64,000 bases of DNA from Bacillota bacterium (GCA_023408075.1 JAEYKW010000015.1:319170-383169); one strand, 5' to 3'; numbered from the stretch's first letter, positions 1 through 9,539 are shown. Notes: generated by a model from the sequence alone, not told the origin. A program made the numbers and translations.

Positions 1-419
1 CGCTGCTGGAAAGCGGCGGCACGTTTGCCGTGCAGGTGCCGCATACCGCGCACATGCCGATTCACACCGCGCTGCAAGCCCTCGTGAAAGACGGCGTATG
101 GCACAAACAGCTGGAGGCCGTCACCACGCATTCCACATATCCCGCACCGTATTATTACGACATTCTGAGCACGCTCACGGCTGATATAGACCTTTGGGAG
201 ACGCACTACCATCATGTCATGGAGAGCCACAACGCGCTCGTGCAGTGGTACAGCAGCACAGGGCTGCGGCCTTACCTCAATGCGCTGAAAAATGAAGATG
301 AGAGAGCCGCTTTCCTCGCCGATTTCGAAGCCGCGCTCAGGGATGCTTATCCGGCGCAGAGCGACGATAATGTGCTTTTCCCGTTCGTGCGCATTTTCTT
401 CATCGCGCAGAAAGTGTAA
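1..419 (+). CDS. tam: SAM-dependent methyltransferase, trans-aconitate 2-methyltransferase (Tam)-like; 3' part only, gene starts upstream of the window
   Basis: The frame of ORF 30..419 stays open back to nt 3 (LLESGGTFAVQVP). C-terminal motifs YYYDIL, DLWETHYHHVM, STGLRPYL and LFPFVRIFFIA parallel my recollection of E. coli Tam. Confidence 0.6.
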   Translation, partial: LLESGGTFAVQVPHTAHMPIHTALQALVKDGVWHKQLEAVTTHSTYPAPYYYDILSTLTADIDLWETHYHHVMESHNALVQWYSSTGLRPYLNALKNEDERAAFLADFEAALRDAYPAQSDDNVLFPFVRIFFIAQKV

Positions 420-475
420 TAAGTCTTAGTCACCTCACACCATTCCATCCTCTTAGCCTGAAAAAACGAGGTCAG

Positions 476-523
476 CCCAAAGCTCCCTCAAGAGGGAGTT
501 TTGGCCGCAGGCGACTGAGGGAG
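476..523. repeat. Intergenic hairpin repeat, copy 1 (cccaaaGCTCCCTCaaGAGGGAGttttggccgcaggcgactgagggag)
   Basis: Stem GCTCCCTC/GAGGGAG plus a conserved tail gcgactgagggag. A near-identical copy lies at 2834..2882. Confidence 0.7.
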
Positions 524-601
524 GCTTTAGTGCAGGTTTTTATTGTGTGATCGGAGCAAAACGCGCCCAACTGGGCGATGAATACAGAATATCTGACGGC
601 A

Positions 602-1054
602 CTATGTCGGCATAACCTGCTGCTCGCAGAACTTAACCGCGCCGCTGATTTCTTCCTCCGTAGGATGGCCTTTCGCAATGCCGCCTATCAGCTTGAACGG
701 GCCAAAAGTATCGTAACCCTTGCAGTGATACACGCCCAGCACGGTTGACCCCGCCGCCTCCAGCTTTGATGTGAACGCCGCCGCGTACTTCGCGCTGCCG
801 CTGCCGCTGGTGTAAATCACAAACGCTTTCTTCCCGCGCAGCCTTGCGCTGTCCGCCAGCGATACAAGCGAGGAATGAAACCCCGACATGTAGATGCCTG
901 ACGCGAAGCCGATCACATCAAAGCCTGAGAAATCCATCCCCGCAGCTTCCTCCGCCTTCACAAGCTCAACCGCGTGCGCCGCCGCAATCGCCTCCACCAC
1001 CTTTTTCGTGTTGCCGTGGTGCTCCGAATGATAGATAATCGCTGTTTTTGACAT
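602..1054 (-). CDS. Flavodoxin family protein
   Basis: ATG at 1054 gives MSKTAIIYHSEHHGNTKKV..., a flavodoxin-like N-terminal FMN phosphate loop. The longer ORF start at 1129 would overlap the TetR gene. Confidence 0.7.
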   Translation of the reverse strand: MSKTAIIYHSEHHGNTKKVVEAIAAAHAVELVKAEEAAGMDFSGFDVIGFASGIYMSGFHSSLVSLADSARLRGKKAFVIYTSGSGSAKYAAAFTSKLEAAGSTVLGVYHCKGYDTFGPFKLIGGIAKGHPTEEEISGAVKFCEQQVMPT

Positions 1055-1118
1055 GGATAAAAACCTTCTTTCTAACATATTCAATCTGTTTACGGGCACG
1101 GTGAGCCATAAGCGTTTT

Positions 1119-1760
1119 TTATGCCTCACCAGCCTTAATCGCTCTTAAAAGCATGACGAAGCTGTCATGCAAGAACTCCTCCCGTGTGATTCCCTGCTTG
1201 CTGTACAGATACATTTCTTTTTGCTGCGCCATTTTGATAATCCCGCACAGGCTGGCCCACAGCATAAATATGGTGGGAACAGGGTTAATATCACCGCGAA
1301 ATATACGGGCCTCCACGCCCCGCCGTAGCAGCGCCGATATCGCCTCGTTGATCTCTTCGCCGACCACGTAAATATCGCGCAGCACGGGGTACTGCTCAAA
1401 ATCTGCCTCGCCCACGCCGATCTCGCCCTGTATGCTGTCAAAGTACAGCGGATACTCACGCTGAAAACCGGCCAGCTCGCCGCAGACGGCATAAAATGCC
1501 GTTTCAACATCTTCATGCGCATCCAAGGCCGACCGGAACCTGTCTCTGAGCAGCTCCATGCTCTCGCGCACAATATAAAAATAAATCTCATCCTTGCTTT
1601 TGAAGTAAACATAGATGGTCGATTTGCTGTATTCCGCCCTTTTGGCGATATCGTCCATCGTCGTCTGCGCCACGCCGTTCTCCTCAAACAATGCTTTGGC
1701 GGCTTCCAATATGTTGCCTCGGTTAAACGCTGTCAGCCTGTCGCGCTTGCACTTTGCCAT
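1119..1760 (-). CDS. TetR/AcrR family transcriptional regulator
   Basis: N-terminal HTH signature FEENGVAQTTMDDIAKRAEYSKSTIYVYFKSKDEIY. Divergent from the flavoprotein gene at 1946. Confidence 0.85.
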   Translation of the reverse strand: MAKCKRDRLTAFNRGNILEAAKALFEENGVAQTTMDDIAKRAEYSKSTIYVYFKSKDEIYFYIVRESMELLRDRFRSALDAHEDVETAFYAVCGELAGFQREYPLYFDSIQGEIGVGEADFEQYPVLRDIYVVGEEINEAISALLRRGVEARIFRGDINPVPTIFMLWASLCGIIKMAQQKEMYLYSKQGITREEFLHDSFVMLLRAIKAGEA

Positions 1761-1945
1761 ATCACTTCTCCGAATTCCGTACTTTTGTTATTTTTATCGT
1801 ACTCATAGTTCGACGTTTTGTCAAGGAAAATTATCCATTTTTAGTTGACAGCTATTCCTGCGTTTTCTTTCTCAATAAACTATTGACATCCGCAGGAGCG
1901 GGGTGTTTATACTGTTATCAAATCAGGAAAGTGAGAGAACCCATT

Positions 1946-2572
1946 ATGAAAGTGATTGCGATAAACGGCAGCCCCAGAAAGAACGGCAACACAGGCATGG
2001 CACTGAATGTCATGGCGGAGGAACTTAAGCGGCACGGCATTGAGGTGGAAACGGTGCAGATCGGTCACCTCGATATCCACGGCTGTATCGGTTGCGGCTA
2101 TTGCTGGACGTCCGAGCAGAACCAATGTGTTTTTATTAAGGATATCGTCAACGAAACAGCCGCAAAAATGCGCGAGGCCGACGGCTTTATACTCGGCTCA
2201 CCGACTTATTATGCGGGCATTGCGGGCACAATGAAATCCTTTTTAGACAGGGTGTTTTATTCAAGCTCGGGCTATTTCAAATACAAGGTGGCAACATCCA
2301 TATCCGTGGTGCGGCGCGCGGGCGGTGTGGATGTGGTACATCAGCTTAACAACTATCTGAATCTCGCAGAAACCGTGCTGCCGCCGTCGCAGTACTGGAC
2401 AATCGGCTATGGCTTGGAGGAAGGCGAGGTGCTGCAGGACGGAGAAGGTGTGCAAACGCTGCGCAAAAACGCGCGGGCCATGGCATGGCTGTTAAAGCTG
2501 ATCGAAGCGGGAAAAGAAACGGTCCCCTTCCCGGAGGATGAGGACCGCGTCATGACCCATTTTATCCGGTAA
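1946..2572 (+). CDS. NAD(P)H-dependent FMN reductase / iron-sulfur flavoprotein (multimeric flavodoxin-like)
   Basis: MKVIAINGSPRKNGNT start at ATG 1946, with a Cys cluster HGCIGCGYC and GSPTYY motifs. The upstream in-frame part of ORF 1754..2572 is low-complexity promoter DNA. Confidence 0.75.
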   Translation: MKVIAINGSPRKNGNTGMALNVMAEELKRHGIEVETVQIGHLDIHGCIGCGYCWTSEQNQCVFIKDIVNETAAKMREADGFILGSPTYYAGIAGTMKSFLDRVFYSSSGYFKYKVATSISVVRRAGGVDVVHQLNNYLNLAETVLPPSQYWTIGYGLEEGEVLQDGEGVQTLRKNARAMAWLLKLIEAGKETVPFPEDEDRVMTHFIR

Positions 2573-2598
2573 ACCCACAAACAAATTGAAGCGAAAAA

Positions 2599-2636
2599 GC
2601 GCCGCCGGAAGAGAAGCCTCTGTCCGGCGGCGTTTT
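2599..2636 (+). terminator. Rho-independent terminator after the flavoprotein gene
   Basis: Stem GCCGCCGGA (2601-2609) / TCCGGCGGC (2623-2631) followed by GTTTT. Confidence 0.7.
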
Positions 2637-2689
2637 CATGTCCGTTCTATTTTGTATGTCTGCTGCACCAGCTATACCCTATCGCCGTG

Positions 2690-3006
2690 TGAGACGACTG
2701 AGGAAGCGTTGAGCACAAACCTTTTGCCACCATCGAACGTCAGTGATGCCGCGCCCTACAGGGTAAGCACCTATTTAATGCCGCAGATAGCGCTGTTTTT
2801 TGTTTCATTCACTAAGCTTGCAATAATCTGCGTCCCCAAGCTCCCTCGCGAGGGAGCTGTCGCCGCCGGGCGACTGAGGGAGTATTGAGCACAGACCTTT
2901 TGCCACCATCGGCGCGTCAGTGATACAGGGCAAGCACATCTATTAAATACTCGATCGTCAGTAATGCCGCGCCCTACAGGGCAAGCACCCGTATTTAATA
3001 CTCGAT
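2690..3006. repeat. Array of imperfect direct repeats. It includes hairpin repeat copy 2 (2834..2882) and three copies of a ~50-70-bp unit, the last of which contains the 3' end of rbr.
   Basis: Units at 2709-2780, 2885-2955 and 2956-3006 share ttgagcacaRaccttttgccaccatcg..cgtcagtRatgccgcgccctacagggYaagcac..tatttaat(actcgat). ORF 2586..2888 merely reads through the repeats. Confidence 0.7.
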
Positions 3007-3489
3007 GAACTTAGCACCCGGCACACCGCAGATCGGGCAGCTGTTGGGCCGCGCCTTTTCAATGTTGCCGCAAACGGGGCAAAGATAGTAGAAAACCTCC
3101 TGCGAGTCCTCCATGCTCTGCAGCGCCTCGGCGTAAAGCCTTGCATGCACCTCCTCGGCCTTCATCGCCAGCATAAACGTGCGTACCGCCGCACTGTTGC
3201 CCTCTTCCTCGGCGGCCTTCACAAAGTCGGGGTACATATCCTTATACTCGTGCGTCTCACCCGCCACCGCATCCTTCAAATTCGCAGCCGTATCGCCTAT
3301 TTTGCCGGCCACCTCGAAATGCTTGAGCGCGTGAAGCGTCTCCGCATCCGAAGCCGCGCGGAACAGCTTCGCAGCATTATGCTTGCCTTCCTTTTCGGCC
3401 TGCTTCGCATACGCCGTATATTTCCTGTTCGCCTGCGATTCTCCCGCAAAGGCTTCCATCAAATTGCCGCTTGTCTTGCTTTCGCTCAT
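2995..3489 (-). CDS. rbr: Rubrerythrin
   Basis: Ferritin-like di-iron helices (AGESQANRKY, AGETHEYKDMY) plus a C-terminal rubredoxin-like CPVCG...CPICG. Confidence 0.9.
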   Translation of the reverse strand: MSESKTSGNLMEAFAGESQANRKYTAYAKQAEKEGKHNAAKLFRAASDAETLHALKHFEVAGKIGDTAANLKDAVAGETHEYKDMYPDFVKAAEEEGNSAAVRTFMLAMKAEEVHARLYAEALQSMEDSQEVFYYLCPVCGNIEKARPNSCPICGVPGAKFIEY

Positions 3490-3662
3490 AAAATTCTCCT
3501 CCTGTTGTGTTTGTTGAGTATGTATTCACCATACGATGCCCGTAACCCTTCTTTACCAATGAGTGTTCACAAAAAGCTAAAAAATATGATAAAACAAATA
3601 AGCCCAAGCGGCATTGACTAAAATGCGTTGAGCGCCTTGAAGAAAAAAATGTTATAATCGGA

Positions 3663-3905
3663 TTATTCGTCCTCAAATACGGACTCATTCATCACATCGT
3701 AGTCCAGCAGCTCCGACACGGTCATATCAAGCCCCACCGCAATACGGTGAAGCGTTCGTAATGTGGGGTTTTGGGTGTGCCCTTTTGCTATATTTTCAAG
3801 TGTCGATTGTCTTAAACCCGAAAGAGAGGCCAGCCTGTTCAGCGTGAGTCTTCTCTCACTGCATATACTAATGATGCGTTCGGCAACCGCTTCTGCATAC
3901 GTCAT
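3663..3905 (-). CDS. XRE-family helix-turn-helix transcriptional regulator
   Basis: HTH segment LTLNRLASLSGLRQSTLENIAKGHTQNPTLRTLHRIAVGL. The start is taken at MTYAE; the alternative is 3953. Confidence 0.7.
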   Translation of the reverse strand: MTYAEAVAERIISICSERRLTLNRLASLSGLRQSTLENIAKGHTQNPTLRTLHRIAVGLDMTVSELLDYDVMNESVFEDE

Positions 3906-4040
3906 TGATGTCACCTCAAATAAATCGCGGTAGTAATTCTTTAATTGTATCATAGCAAAATAAATGTCATGTGATTACCCCTTTGCGGTTGACAATTTGC
4001 ATATTTAACTATATATTGGTGAAAGTATGTAATCTTAGCA

Positions 4041-4226
4041 ATGGAGTCAGTGATGGAAATCAATTCGCAAAGCGTTATACAAACGGAAAGAGAAAAGCTC
4101 AATCGGATGATCGACGACACGATGAAAAATCAAATCCCTTTATCGAAGAATAAAGATATACAACAACAGGGAAAATTTTTGGAACAACTCATTGAGCAGT
4201 CGAACAGACCAAGTGAGTCCCGCTGA
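4041..4226 (+). CDS. Small helical protein, possibly a Spo0E-like sporulation regulatory phosphatase
   Basis: A 61-aa ORF whose helix-loop-helix layout (IQTEREKLNRMIDD ... DIQQQGKFLEQLIEQ) resembles the Spo0E family. This is recollection only. Confidence 0.35.
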   Translation: MESVMEINSQSVIQTEREKLNRMIDDTMKNQIPLSKNKDIQQQGKFLEQLIEQSNRPSESR

Positions 4227-4269
4227 CACGGGGCAATAAACGTCCAATTTGCTGCATATCATCTGCCGC

Positions 4270-5799
4270 TTAATTTTTGTGACCCACTATCTCCTTTGTG
4301 ACGCGGGGAATGTGCCCCAGCGTATCAAGCGCCGTCATCGAAAGCTCGCCGAGCTCCTCGGCTGCGGCTTCTCCCGCTTTGCCGCAGATATACGCACCTG
4401 CCACAGCCGCTTCAAACGCGGTCTTTCCGCCTTCGCGCCCACCGCACATCAGCCCGCCGATCACACCCGTCAGCGTATCGCCGCTGCCACCGCGCGCCAT
4501 ACCGGGTGATCCCGCCGTCACAAACACCGTACGCTCTCCGTCCGTGACGATTGTCGTCGCGCCCTTGAGCAGCAGCACGATGCCGTAGGTGCGGGCAAAA
4601 TCCTGCGCAAGCCTAAGCGAATCGCTCTGTATCTGTTCCACCGAAGCACCGCACAGCCGCGAAAACTCCCTGACATGCGGCGTCAGCACGATGTCGCCTT
4701 TTTTCTCGTTCAACAGCGCCGTATCCTGCGCAATCAGATTGAGCGCGTCCGCATCAAACACCTTGCGGATATCATGATGCGTCACGAGATAGCGCACCGC
4801 CGCCATCGCGCCGCTGCTTGTGGAGAGGCCCGGCCCCGCCGCGAGCGCCGTTTTGCCCGCCATCAGTTTATCCAACCCATTCAAACAGTTCTCCGAGAGG
4901 CTTCCCGAAAAATCGTCGAGCGCGAACGTCGTGCTTTCGGGGTTTTCGGCTTCAAATACACTTTGAAGGCAGGCCGGCACACTTGCCGTCACCAGCCCCG
5001 CACCCGCGCGCAGTGCAGCGCCCACGCACATCAATCCCGCGCCCGCCATGCCTTGGCTGCCAACAACACACGCAAGCCGCCCGAAGCTGCCCTTATTCGT
5101 ATCTGCCCGTCGAGGCTGCAGCGTCACCTGATCTGCCCAACCCATAAACCCGTTCGTGAACCCCTGCATCACGCCGATTTCCTTCACGGTGAGCCTGCCC
5201 GTATGCGCGCGCCCCGGAAAAAGCAGGTGCCCCGGCTTGGCGCACTGAAACGTCACCGTTTCGTCGGCGTTCACGGCAACGCCGCGCACCGCGCCCGTGT
5301 CCGCGTCGATGCCCGACGCGATATCGCAAGCGACGACATACGCGCCGCTTTGGTTGATCAGTTCGATTACAGAAGCGTAAAGGCCCGTCACGTCGCGCGA
5401 GAGCCCGCCACCGAAAACCGCGTCGATAATCACGCCGCCCGCCATATTCGCAAGATGTGCCTTGGCCGATTCTTCATCTTGAATCTCTATAATTCGCTGG
5501 CCAAAAAAAGCCGCATTGGCCGCCGCATCTCCTTTGAGCGCCTCCGCTTTGCCGATAAGGCACACTGTGACGGCATATCCCTTGGCCTCAAGCTGCCTTG
5601 CCGCCGCAAAGCCGTCGCCGCCGTTGTTGCCCGCGCCGCAGACCGCCACGATTTTTGTTTGCGCGCCAAAGCGCCCGGATATCACCGACGTGATGCCGAA
5701 GGCCGCGTTTTCCATCAGCACAACGGACGGAATTTTCCGCTGCTCGATCATATACTTATCGAGCGCCTGCATATCGTTTTTGCGCAGCACGGGTATCAT
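4270..5799 (-). CDS. nnr: Bifunctional NAD(P)H-hydrate repair enzyme (epimerase / ADP-dependent dehydratase)
   Basis: N-terminal YjeF_N motif CGAGNNGGDG and C-terminal kinase-like GSGDTLTG. 509 aa. Confidence 0.9.
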   Translation of the reverse strand: MIPVLRKNDMQALDKYMIEQRKIPSVVLMENAAFGITSVISGRFGAQTKIVAVCGAGNNGGDGFAAARQLEAKGYAVTVCLIGKAEALKGDAAANAAFFGQRIIEIQDEESAKAHLANMAGGVIIDAVFGGGLSRDVTGLYASVIELINQSGAYVVACDIASGIDADTGAVRGVAVNADETVTFQCAKPGHLLFPGRAHTGRLTVKEIGVMQGFTNGFMGWADQVTLQPRRADTNKGSFGRLACVVGSQGMAGAGLMCVGAALRAGAGLVTASVPACLQSVFEAENPESTTFALDDFSGSLSENCLNGLDKLMAGKTALAAGPGLSTSSGAMAAVRYLVTHHDIRKVFDADALNLIAQDTALLNEKKGDIVLTPHVREFSRLCGASVEQIQSDSLRLAQDFARTYGIVLLLKGATTIVTDGERTVFVTAGSPGMARGGSGDTLTGVIGGLMCGGREGGKTAFEAAVAGAYICGKAGEAAAEELGELSMTALDTLGHIPRVTKEIVGHKN

Positions 5800-6173
5800 T
5801 TTGCGTCTCCTTCCGCGACGGCCTGCGCCACCGCATAACGCTCCGAATGCGAAATGGAAATGTGCATCTTTTTTACGCCCATCTCATCAGCCTTTTGCTT
5901 TGCCGCGCCTTTGAGCGCAATCACCGGCTGGCCCGACGGCGCGCGCAGCGTCTCTATATCCTTCATCGGCAGGTCGCCAAGGCCGCACCCGAGCGCCTTT
6001 AATACCGCTTCCTTGGCCGCAAACCGCCCTGCCACCGTTTCCATTCTGTATTTGCCCGCTGCAAACAGCGCAATTTCCGCATCCGAGAAAATCTTCTCAA
6101 AGAAACGCTCGTTCTTCGCGGCTTTGGCAATGCGCTCAATTTCAACGATATCCACGCCCGTGCCGATAATCAT
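5796..6173 (-). CDS. acpS: Holo-[acyl-carrier-protein] synthase
   Basis: MIIGTGVDIVEIERI... and the C-terminal ISISHSERYAVAQAV. ATGA overlap with the upstream gene, and a 4-nt overlap with nnr. Confidence 0.85.
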   Translation of the reverse strand: MIIGTGVDIVEIERIAKAAKNERFFEKIFSDAEIALFAAGKYRMETVAGRFAAKEAVLKALGCGLGDLPMKDIETLRAPSGQPVIALKGAAKQKADEMGVKKMHISISHSERYAVAQAVAEGDAK

Positions 6174-7075
6174 GCACCCGCCTCCGTCACCGCGTTGATT
6201 ACCGCGCGCGCCGCCGCTTCCGCACCCGCCGCGAGTATCGCATTGAAATCGGCGGTTCTCTCTGCCGTGCCGAACGCGAACACCGTATCGCCGTCGAACA
6301 TCGTATGCGCGGGCCGTATGCACATCGCAATGCCGTCCTGCCCCACTGCAGCAAGCTTGTTCGCCTGCTCCTTTGTGAGCGCCGCGTTGGTGCCCACAAT
6401 GCCGATCGTCGTGTTCTGCCCCGAAAAATCCATGCCGTTGCCGCCCATCAGCACATTGCTGACGACGCCGCCCCGCATACCCGCAAGCTTTCTGCCCGTC
6501 GTATGGTCATAAATGTCGCCGAGCGCGTTCACCGCGAACGCCGCCGCAACGATGACGCCCCCCGGCAGCACCACGGACGCCGTGCCAAAGCCGCCGCGCC
6601 CGGCCAGCGGCATGCCCGCCGCTTTGCCGACCGTCGCGCCTGTCCCCGCACCGACGCGCCCCTGCGCGAGGCTTGCCGAAGCGTTCTCGCACGCCTGATA
6701 TCCCGCGCGCGCATCCGGCCTCACCGCCGCACTGCCCACCGCAAGATCGAACAGCACCGCCGCGGGCACGATGGGCACACGCGCCACATTCATATCAAAC
6801 CCAAAGCCCTTCTCCTCGAGCCAACGCATCACGCCGTCTGCCGCGGACAGCCCGAAAGCGCTGCCGCCCGAGAGCAGCAGAGCATGAGCCACCTGCACCG
6901 CGTTGGTGGGGCGCAACAGATCCGTTTCACGCGTGCCGGGCGCGCTGCCGCGCACGTCCACGCCCGCGACGGCGCCGCTGCCGAGCAGCACGACCGTACA
7001 GCCCGTCTGCGCATCCGCATCCGTATAATGTCCGGCGAGCACACCGTTTATATCCGTCAAGCTTCCGCTATACAT
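6170..7075 (-). CDS. P1/S58 (DmpA-like) family aminopeptidase
   Basis: GVLAGHYTD...TGCTVVL...VDVRGSAPGTRETD...LLSGGSAFGL pattern typical of DmpA/peptidase S58. Confidence 0.75.
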   Translation of the reverse strand: MYSGSLTDINGVLAGHYTDADAQTGCTVVLLGSGAVAGVDVRGSAPGTRETDLLRPTNAVQVAHALLLSGGSAFGLSAADGVMRWLEEKGFGFDMNVARVPIVPAAVLFDLAVGSAAVRPDARAGYQACENASASLAQGRVGAGTGATVGKAAGMPLAGRGGFGTASVVLPGGVIVAAAFAVNALGDIYDHTTGRKLAGMRGGVVSNVLMGGNGMDFSGQNTTIGIVGTNAALTKEQANKLAAVGQDGIAMCIRPAHTMFDGDTVFAFGTAERTADFNAILAAGAEAAARAVINAVTEAGA

Positions 7076-8012
7076 AGCCTCTCTCCCCTCTTAACGACAC
7101 CTCGCCCGCGACGTACCGCTTCGTCTGCCCGCCGCAGTTCAAGAGTATCGCACCGTCGTCGTCGAAGCCGGCCAGCTCGCCTGTCTCGCTGCCGCCCGTG
7201 CCCGTCACCGTCACCGTGCCCGCTATCGCGCTGCGCCTGCGAAACACGTCCATAAACGGCGCCAGCCCGCTTGTCTCAAATGTGTCGTACGCGTCCAGGA
7301 ATCTGTCTATCACCGCAGCGGCCAGCAACGTGTTGTTGGCATTCAGCGCAAACGCCGTGCCGCGTATCTCTTCCTCAAACAGCGACGCATCCGTGTTGAT
7401 GCCAATGCCGCACACCACAAACTCGATGCCGTCCATGTTCACCATGCTCTCGGTGAGTATACCCGCCGCTTTCCTGCCGTCCACAATCACGTCGTTGGGC
7501 CATTTGATGAGCGGTACGGATTCCGTTACGGCTTCGATCGCGGCGCATACCGCAACGGCAGCCGCAAGCGTAAGCCCCGAAATCTTCTCGGGGTCGGTCT
7601 TCGGGCGCACGAGGAACGTCATATACACACCCTGCCCGGGTTTCGATGCCCAAACGCGCCCCTTTCTCCCTTTGCCCGCCGTCTGTTCCCCCGCGATGAA
7701 CACCGCCGTCTGCAAGTCCGTTTCGTGCGCGGCGGTTTTCGCCACATCGTTGGTGGAGGCCACCGAATCTTCATAAAAAACGGGGATATCACGCCGCATG
7801 TGCGCGCGCACGTATCCGGCGCGCGGTATCTTTGGCGGAGAGACCAGCCGATACCCCTTGCCTGTCACGCTTTCGATCCCGGCACCGTCCTCCTGAATCG
7901 CCTTGATATGCTTCCAAAGAGCCGCCCTTGTGACGCCGTATGCTTCGCCGAGCGCTCCGCCCGACACAAAGCCATCCGTGCCGATGAGCTGTCTGTATAT
8001 ATCGTCCCTCAT
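7068..8012 (-). CDS. birA: Biotin--[acetyl-CoA-carboxylase] ligase with N-terminal HTH (BirA)
   Basis: N-terminal wHTH, ligase core GEQTAGKGRKGRVW and KWPNDV motif. Confidence 0.85.
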   Translation of the reverse strand: MRDDIYRQLIGTDGFVSGGALGEAYGVTRAALWKHIKAIQEDGAGIESVTGKGYRLVSPPKIPRAGYVRAHMRRDIPVFYEDSVASTNDVAKTAAHETDLQTAVFIAGEQTAGKGRKGRVWASKPGQGVYMTFLVRPKTDPEKISGLTLAAAVAVCAAIEAVTESVPLIKWPNDVIVDGRKAAGILTESMVNMDGIEFVVCGIGINTDASLFEEEIRGTAFALNANNTLLAAAVIDRFLDAYDTFETSGLAPFMDVFRRRSAIAGTVTVTGTGGSETGELAGFDDDGAILLNCGGQTKRYVAGEVSLRGERGYV

Positions 8013-8662
8013 TCGTCGTCCTCCATTGCTGCCTCGCCGGAAGCCGCCAGCAGCTCGCTGATCACGCCGTAGTCAAAGCCGTGCCGTGCGAGTGCCGCAT
8101 ATTCTTTCTGTCTGGCCTTGCGTGCCTCCACGCCCTTCAGACGCCCGGCTGCGGCTTGCAGCTGTCTGCGCGCAATGCGTATTTCATCTTCCTCGGTGTA
8201 TTCTTTAAGCGCCTCGACTATCACGCTTGGCTCGATTCCCTTTTCCTTGAGCCGGTATTCCACGGCCTTTCTTCCCCAGCGCCCCGTCTGCACCGCGCTG
8301 CGCACATATTCGCCTGCGAACGCCGCATCGTCCACATAGCCGTATGACGCGAGCTTATCCATCGCGTCCTCCACCGCCGCTTCGTCGATACCGCGCTCTT
8401 TGAGCCTGTCCTTAAGCTCCGCGCGCGTGCGCATTTTGTGCGCAATCAGCTTGGCCGCGCTGTCGAATGCGTACTGCGCGTTGTCGCGGCTGACCGCTTC
8501 TTTGAGCGTGTCCATATCTACGGCCGCTCCCTCGCGTATGCCGAACGTCACGAGCGCCTCCGCGCCGAGCGCAGCCGCATATTCGCCGTCCACATACACG
8601 TTGTAACGGTCCTTGTTTCTCTTTTGCGGCTCCACCGCGCTGACCACGTTTTTTTCTTCCAT
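8009..8662 (-). CDS. recX: Recombination regulator RecX
   Basis: Repeated three-helix RecX modules (TRAELKDRLKERGIDEAAVEDAMDKLASYGYVDD...). The start is taken at MEEKNVV; the ORF extends to 8806. Confidence 0.75.
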   Translation of the reverse strand: MEEKNVVSAVEPQKRNKDRYNVYVDGEYAAALGAEALVTFGIREGAAVDMDTLKEAVSRDNAQYAFDSAAKLIAHKMRTRAELKDRLKERGIDEAAVEDAMDKLASYGYVDDAAFAGEYVRSAVQTGRWGRKAVEYRLKEKGIEPSVIVEALKEYTEEDEIRIARRQLQAAAGRLKGVEARKARQKEYAALARHGFDYGVISELLAASGEAAMEDDE

Positions 8663-8920
8663 ATTTTCGATTATAAATGAATTCGGCCAAAACATAAAGC
8701 GCATATTTTGCCCGATCAGGCTTGATAAAAGCGTGCCGCAATGCCCGAGAGCGACAATTGACAGTAATCTTTCGTATTCCTTACCGGTCATCGGCGACGA
8801 CATCATCCGAAAAACAGTCTGCTGCTCTCGACAACGAAAACTGATATCGTATTAAAACGCCGGGCGCATATTTTGCCTGTTCTGACGCAAACTATCAGCA
8901 AACGACAACGGAGGAAACAC

Positions 8921-9142
8921 ATGGGCGTTTTTAAGAACATGGGGCTTATGCCCGAGATCGAGTCCAAAAATCTGATGATCATAGAAGACCAGCTCAAGCA
9001 CGAGGCGCTGGCGGCCAAAAAGAGCGAGGTGTACGCGGATTATTTTGCCGACCCTGGGCTCAAAAGCCTCGCTCAGCAGCTGTCCAGGCATCACCGCGAC
9101 AACTACAACCACCTGCTTGGCTATTTGGACACACACAAATAA
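8921..9142 (+). CDS. Spore-coat-associated small protein, partner of the CotF-like gene
   Basis: GGAGGAAACAC-ATG at 8921, a 73-aa helical protein immediately upstream of the CotF-like ORF. Confidence 0.45.
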   Translation: MGVFKNMGLMPEIESKNLMIIEDQLKHEALAAKKSEVYADYFADPGLKSLAQQLSRHHRDNYNHLLGYLDTHK

Positions 9143-9153
9143 GGAGAAAAGCT

Positions 9154-9432
9154 ATGATAAATCAACAGCCGGATTTTTCGGAACAGGAACTTTTGAACGA
9201 CCTTCTGAATCAGGAAAAGCAGATGGTCACGTCTTACGCGACATTTTTGACCGAAGCGTCGTGCCATAATCTGCGCAAAGTGCTTTCGGGAAACTTAAGC
9301 CAGACGAGCCACGACCAGTTTCAGGTTTTCGAGCAGCTGCGCGACAAGGGCTATTATCAGGGCAACGACGCGAGCGATCAGGAAGTTTTAAAGGTCAAAA
9401 GCACCTACAAAGCCATGCAGGACGAGCTATAA
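9154..9432 (+). CDS. Spore coat protein F (CotF)-like protein
   Basis: ELLNDLLNQEKQMVTSYATFLTEASCHNLRKVL matches the Coat_F four-helix signature as I recall it. Confidence 0.6.
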   Translation: MINQQPDFSEQELLNDLLNQEKQMVTSYATFLTEASCHNLRKVLSGNLSQTSHDQFQVFEQLRDKGYYQGNDASDQEVLKVKSTYKAMQDEL

Positions 9433-9474
9433 TTTTGTCCTGTTAAATTTTCCACCCTTTTATGATAAAGGGTG

Positions 9475-9503
9475 TTGACAAATGTAAATTTCAGCGTTAC
9501 GAT
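9475..9503 (+). promoter_or_regulatory. Sigma-A-type promoter of the TetR gene (TTGACA-17-TACGAT)
   Basis: TTGACA at 9475-9480, a 17-nt spacer, then TACGAT at 9498-9503. The operator palindrome starts 2 nt downstream. Confidence 0.55.
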
Positions 9504-9504
9504 A

Positions 9505-9530
9505 TGAATGAATTTAATAATATTCATTCA
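9505..9530. promoter_or_regulatory. Putative TetR operator 1: perfect inverted repeat TGAATGAAT-N8-ATTCATTCA
   Basis: The 9-bp arms are exact reverse complements. It sits between the promoter and the TetR ATG (9540). Confidence 0.6.
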
Positions 9531-9539
9531 GGATGGGCT

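Noticed and set aside
2586-2888. 100-aa ORF in the flavoprotein-rbr intergenic region.
   Set aside because: It reads straight through the hairpin and direct repeats and has no RBS, so it is a repeat-generated artefact.
4675-5838. 387-aa ORF antisense to nnr. Similar long antisense ORFs occur at 6305..7255, 19094..20113, 12672..13427, 16496..17251, 20246..21007, 23446..24144 and 26919..27704.
   Set aside because: These are Arg/Ala/His-rich, low-complexity translations typical of the opposite strand of high-GC genes. Each fully overlaps a gene with clear family motifs. They have no RBS.
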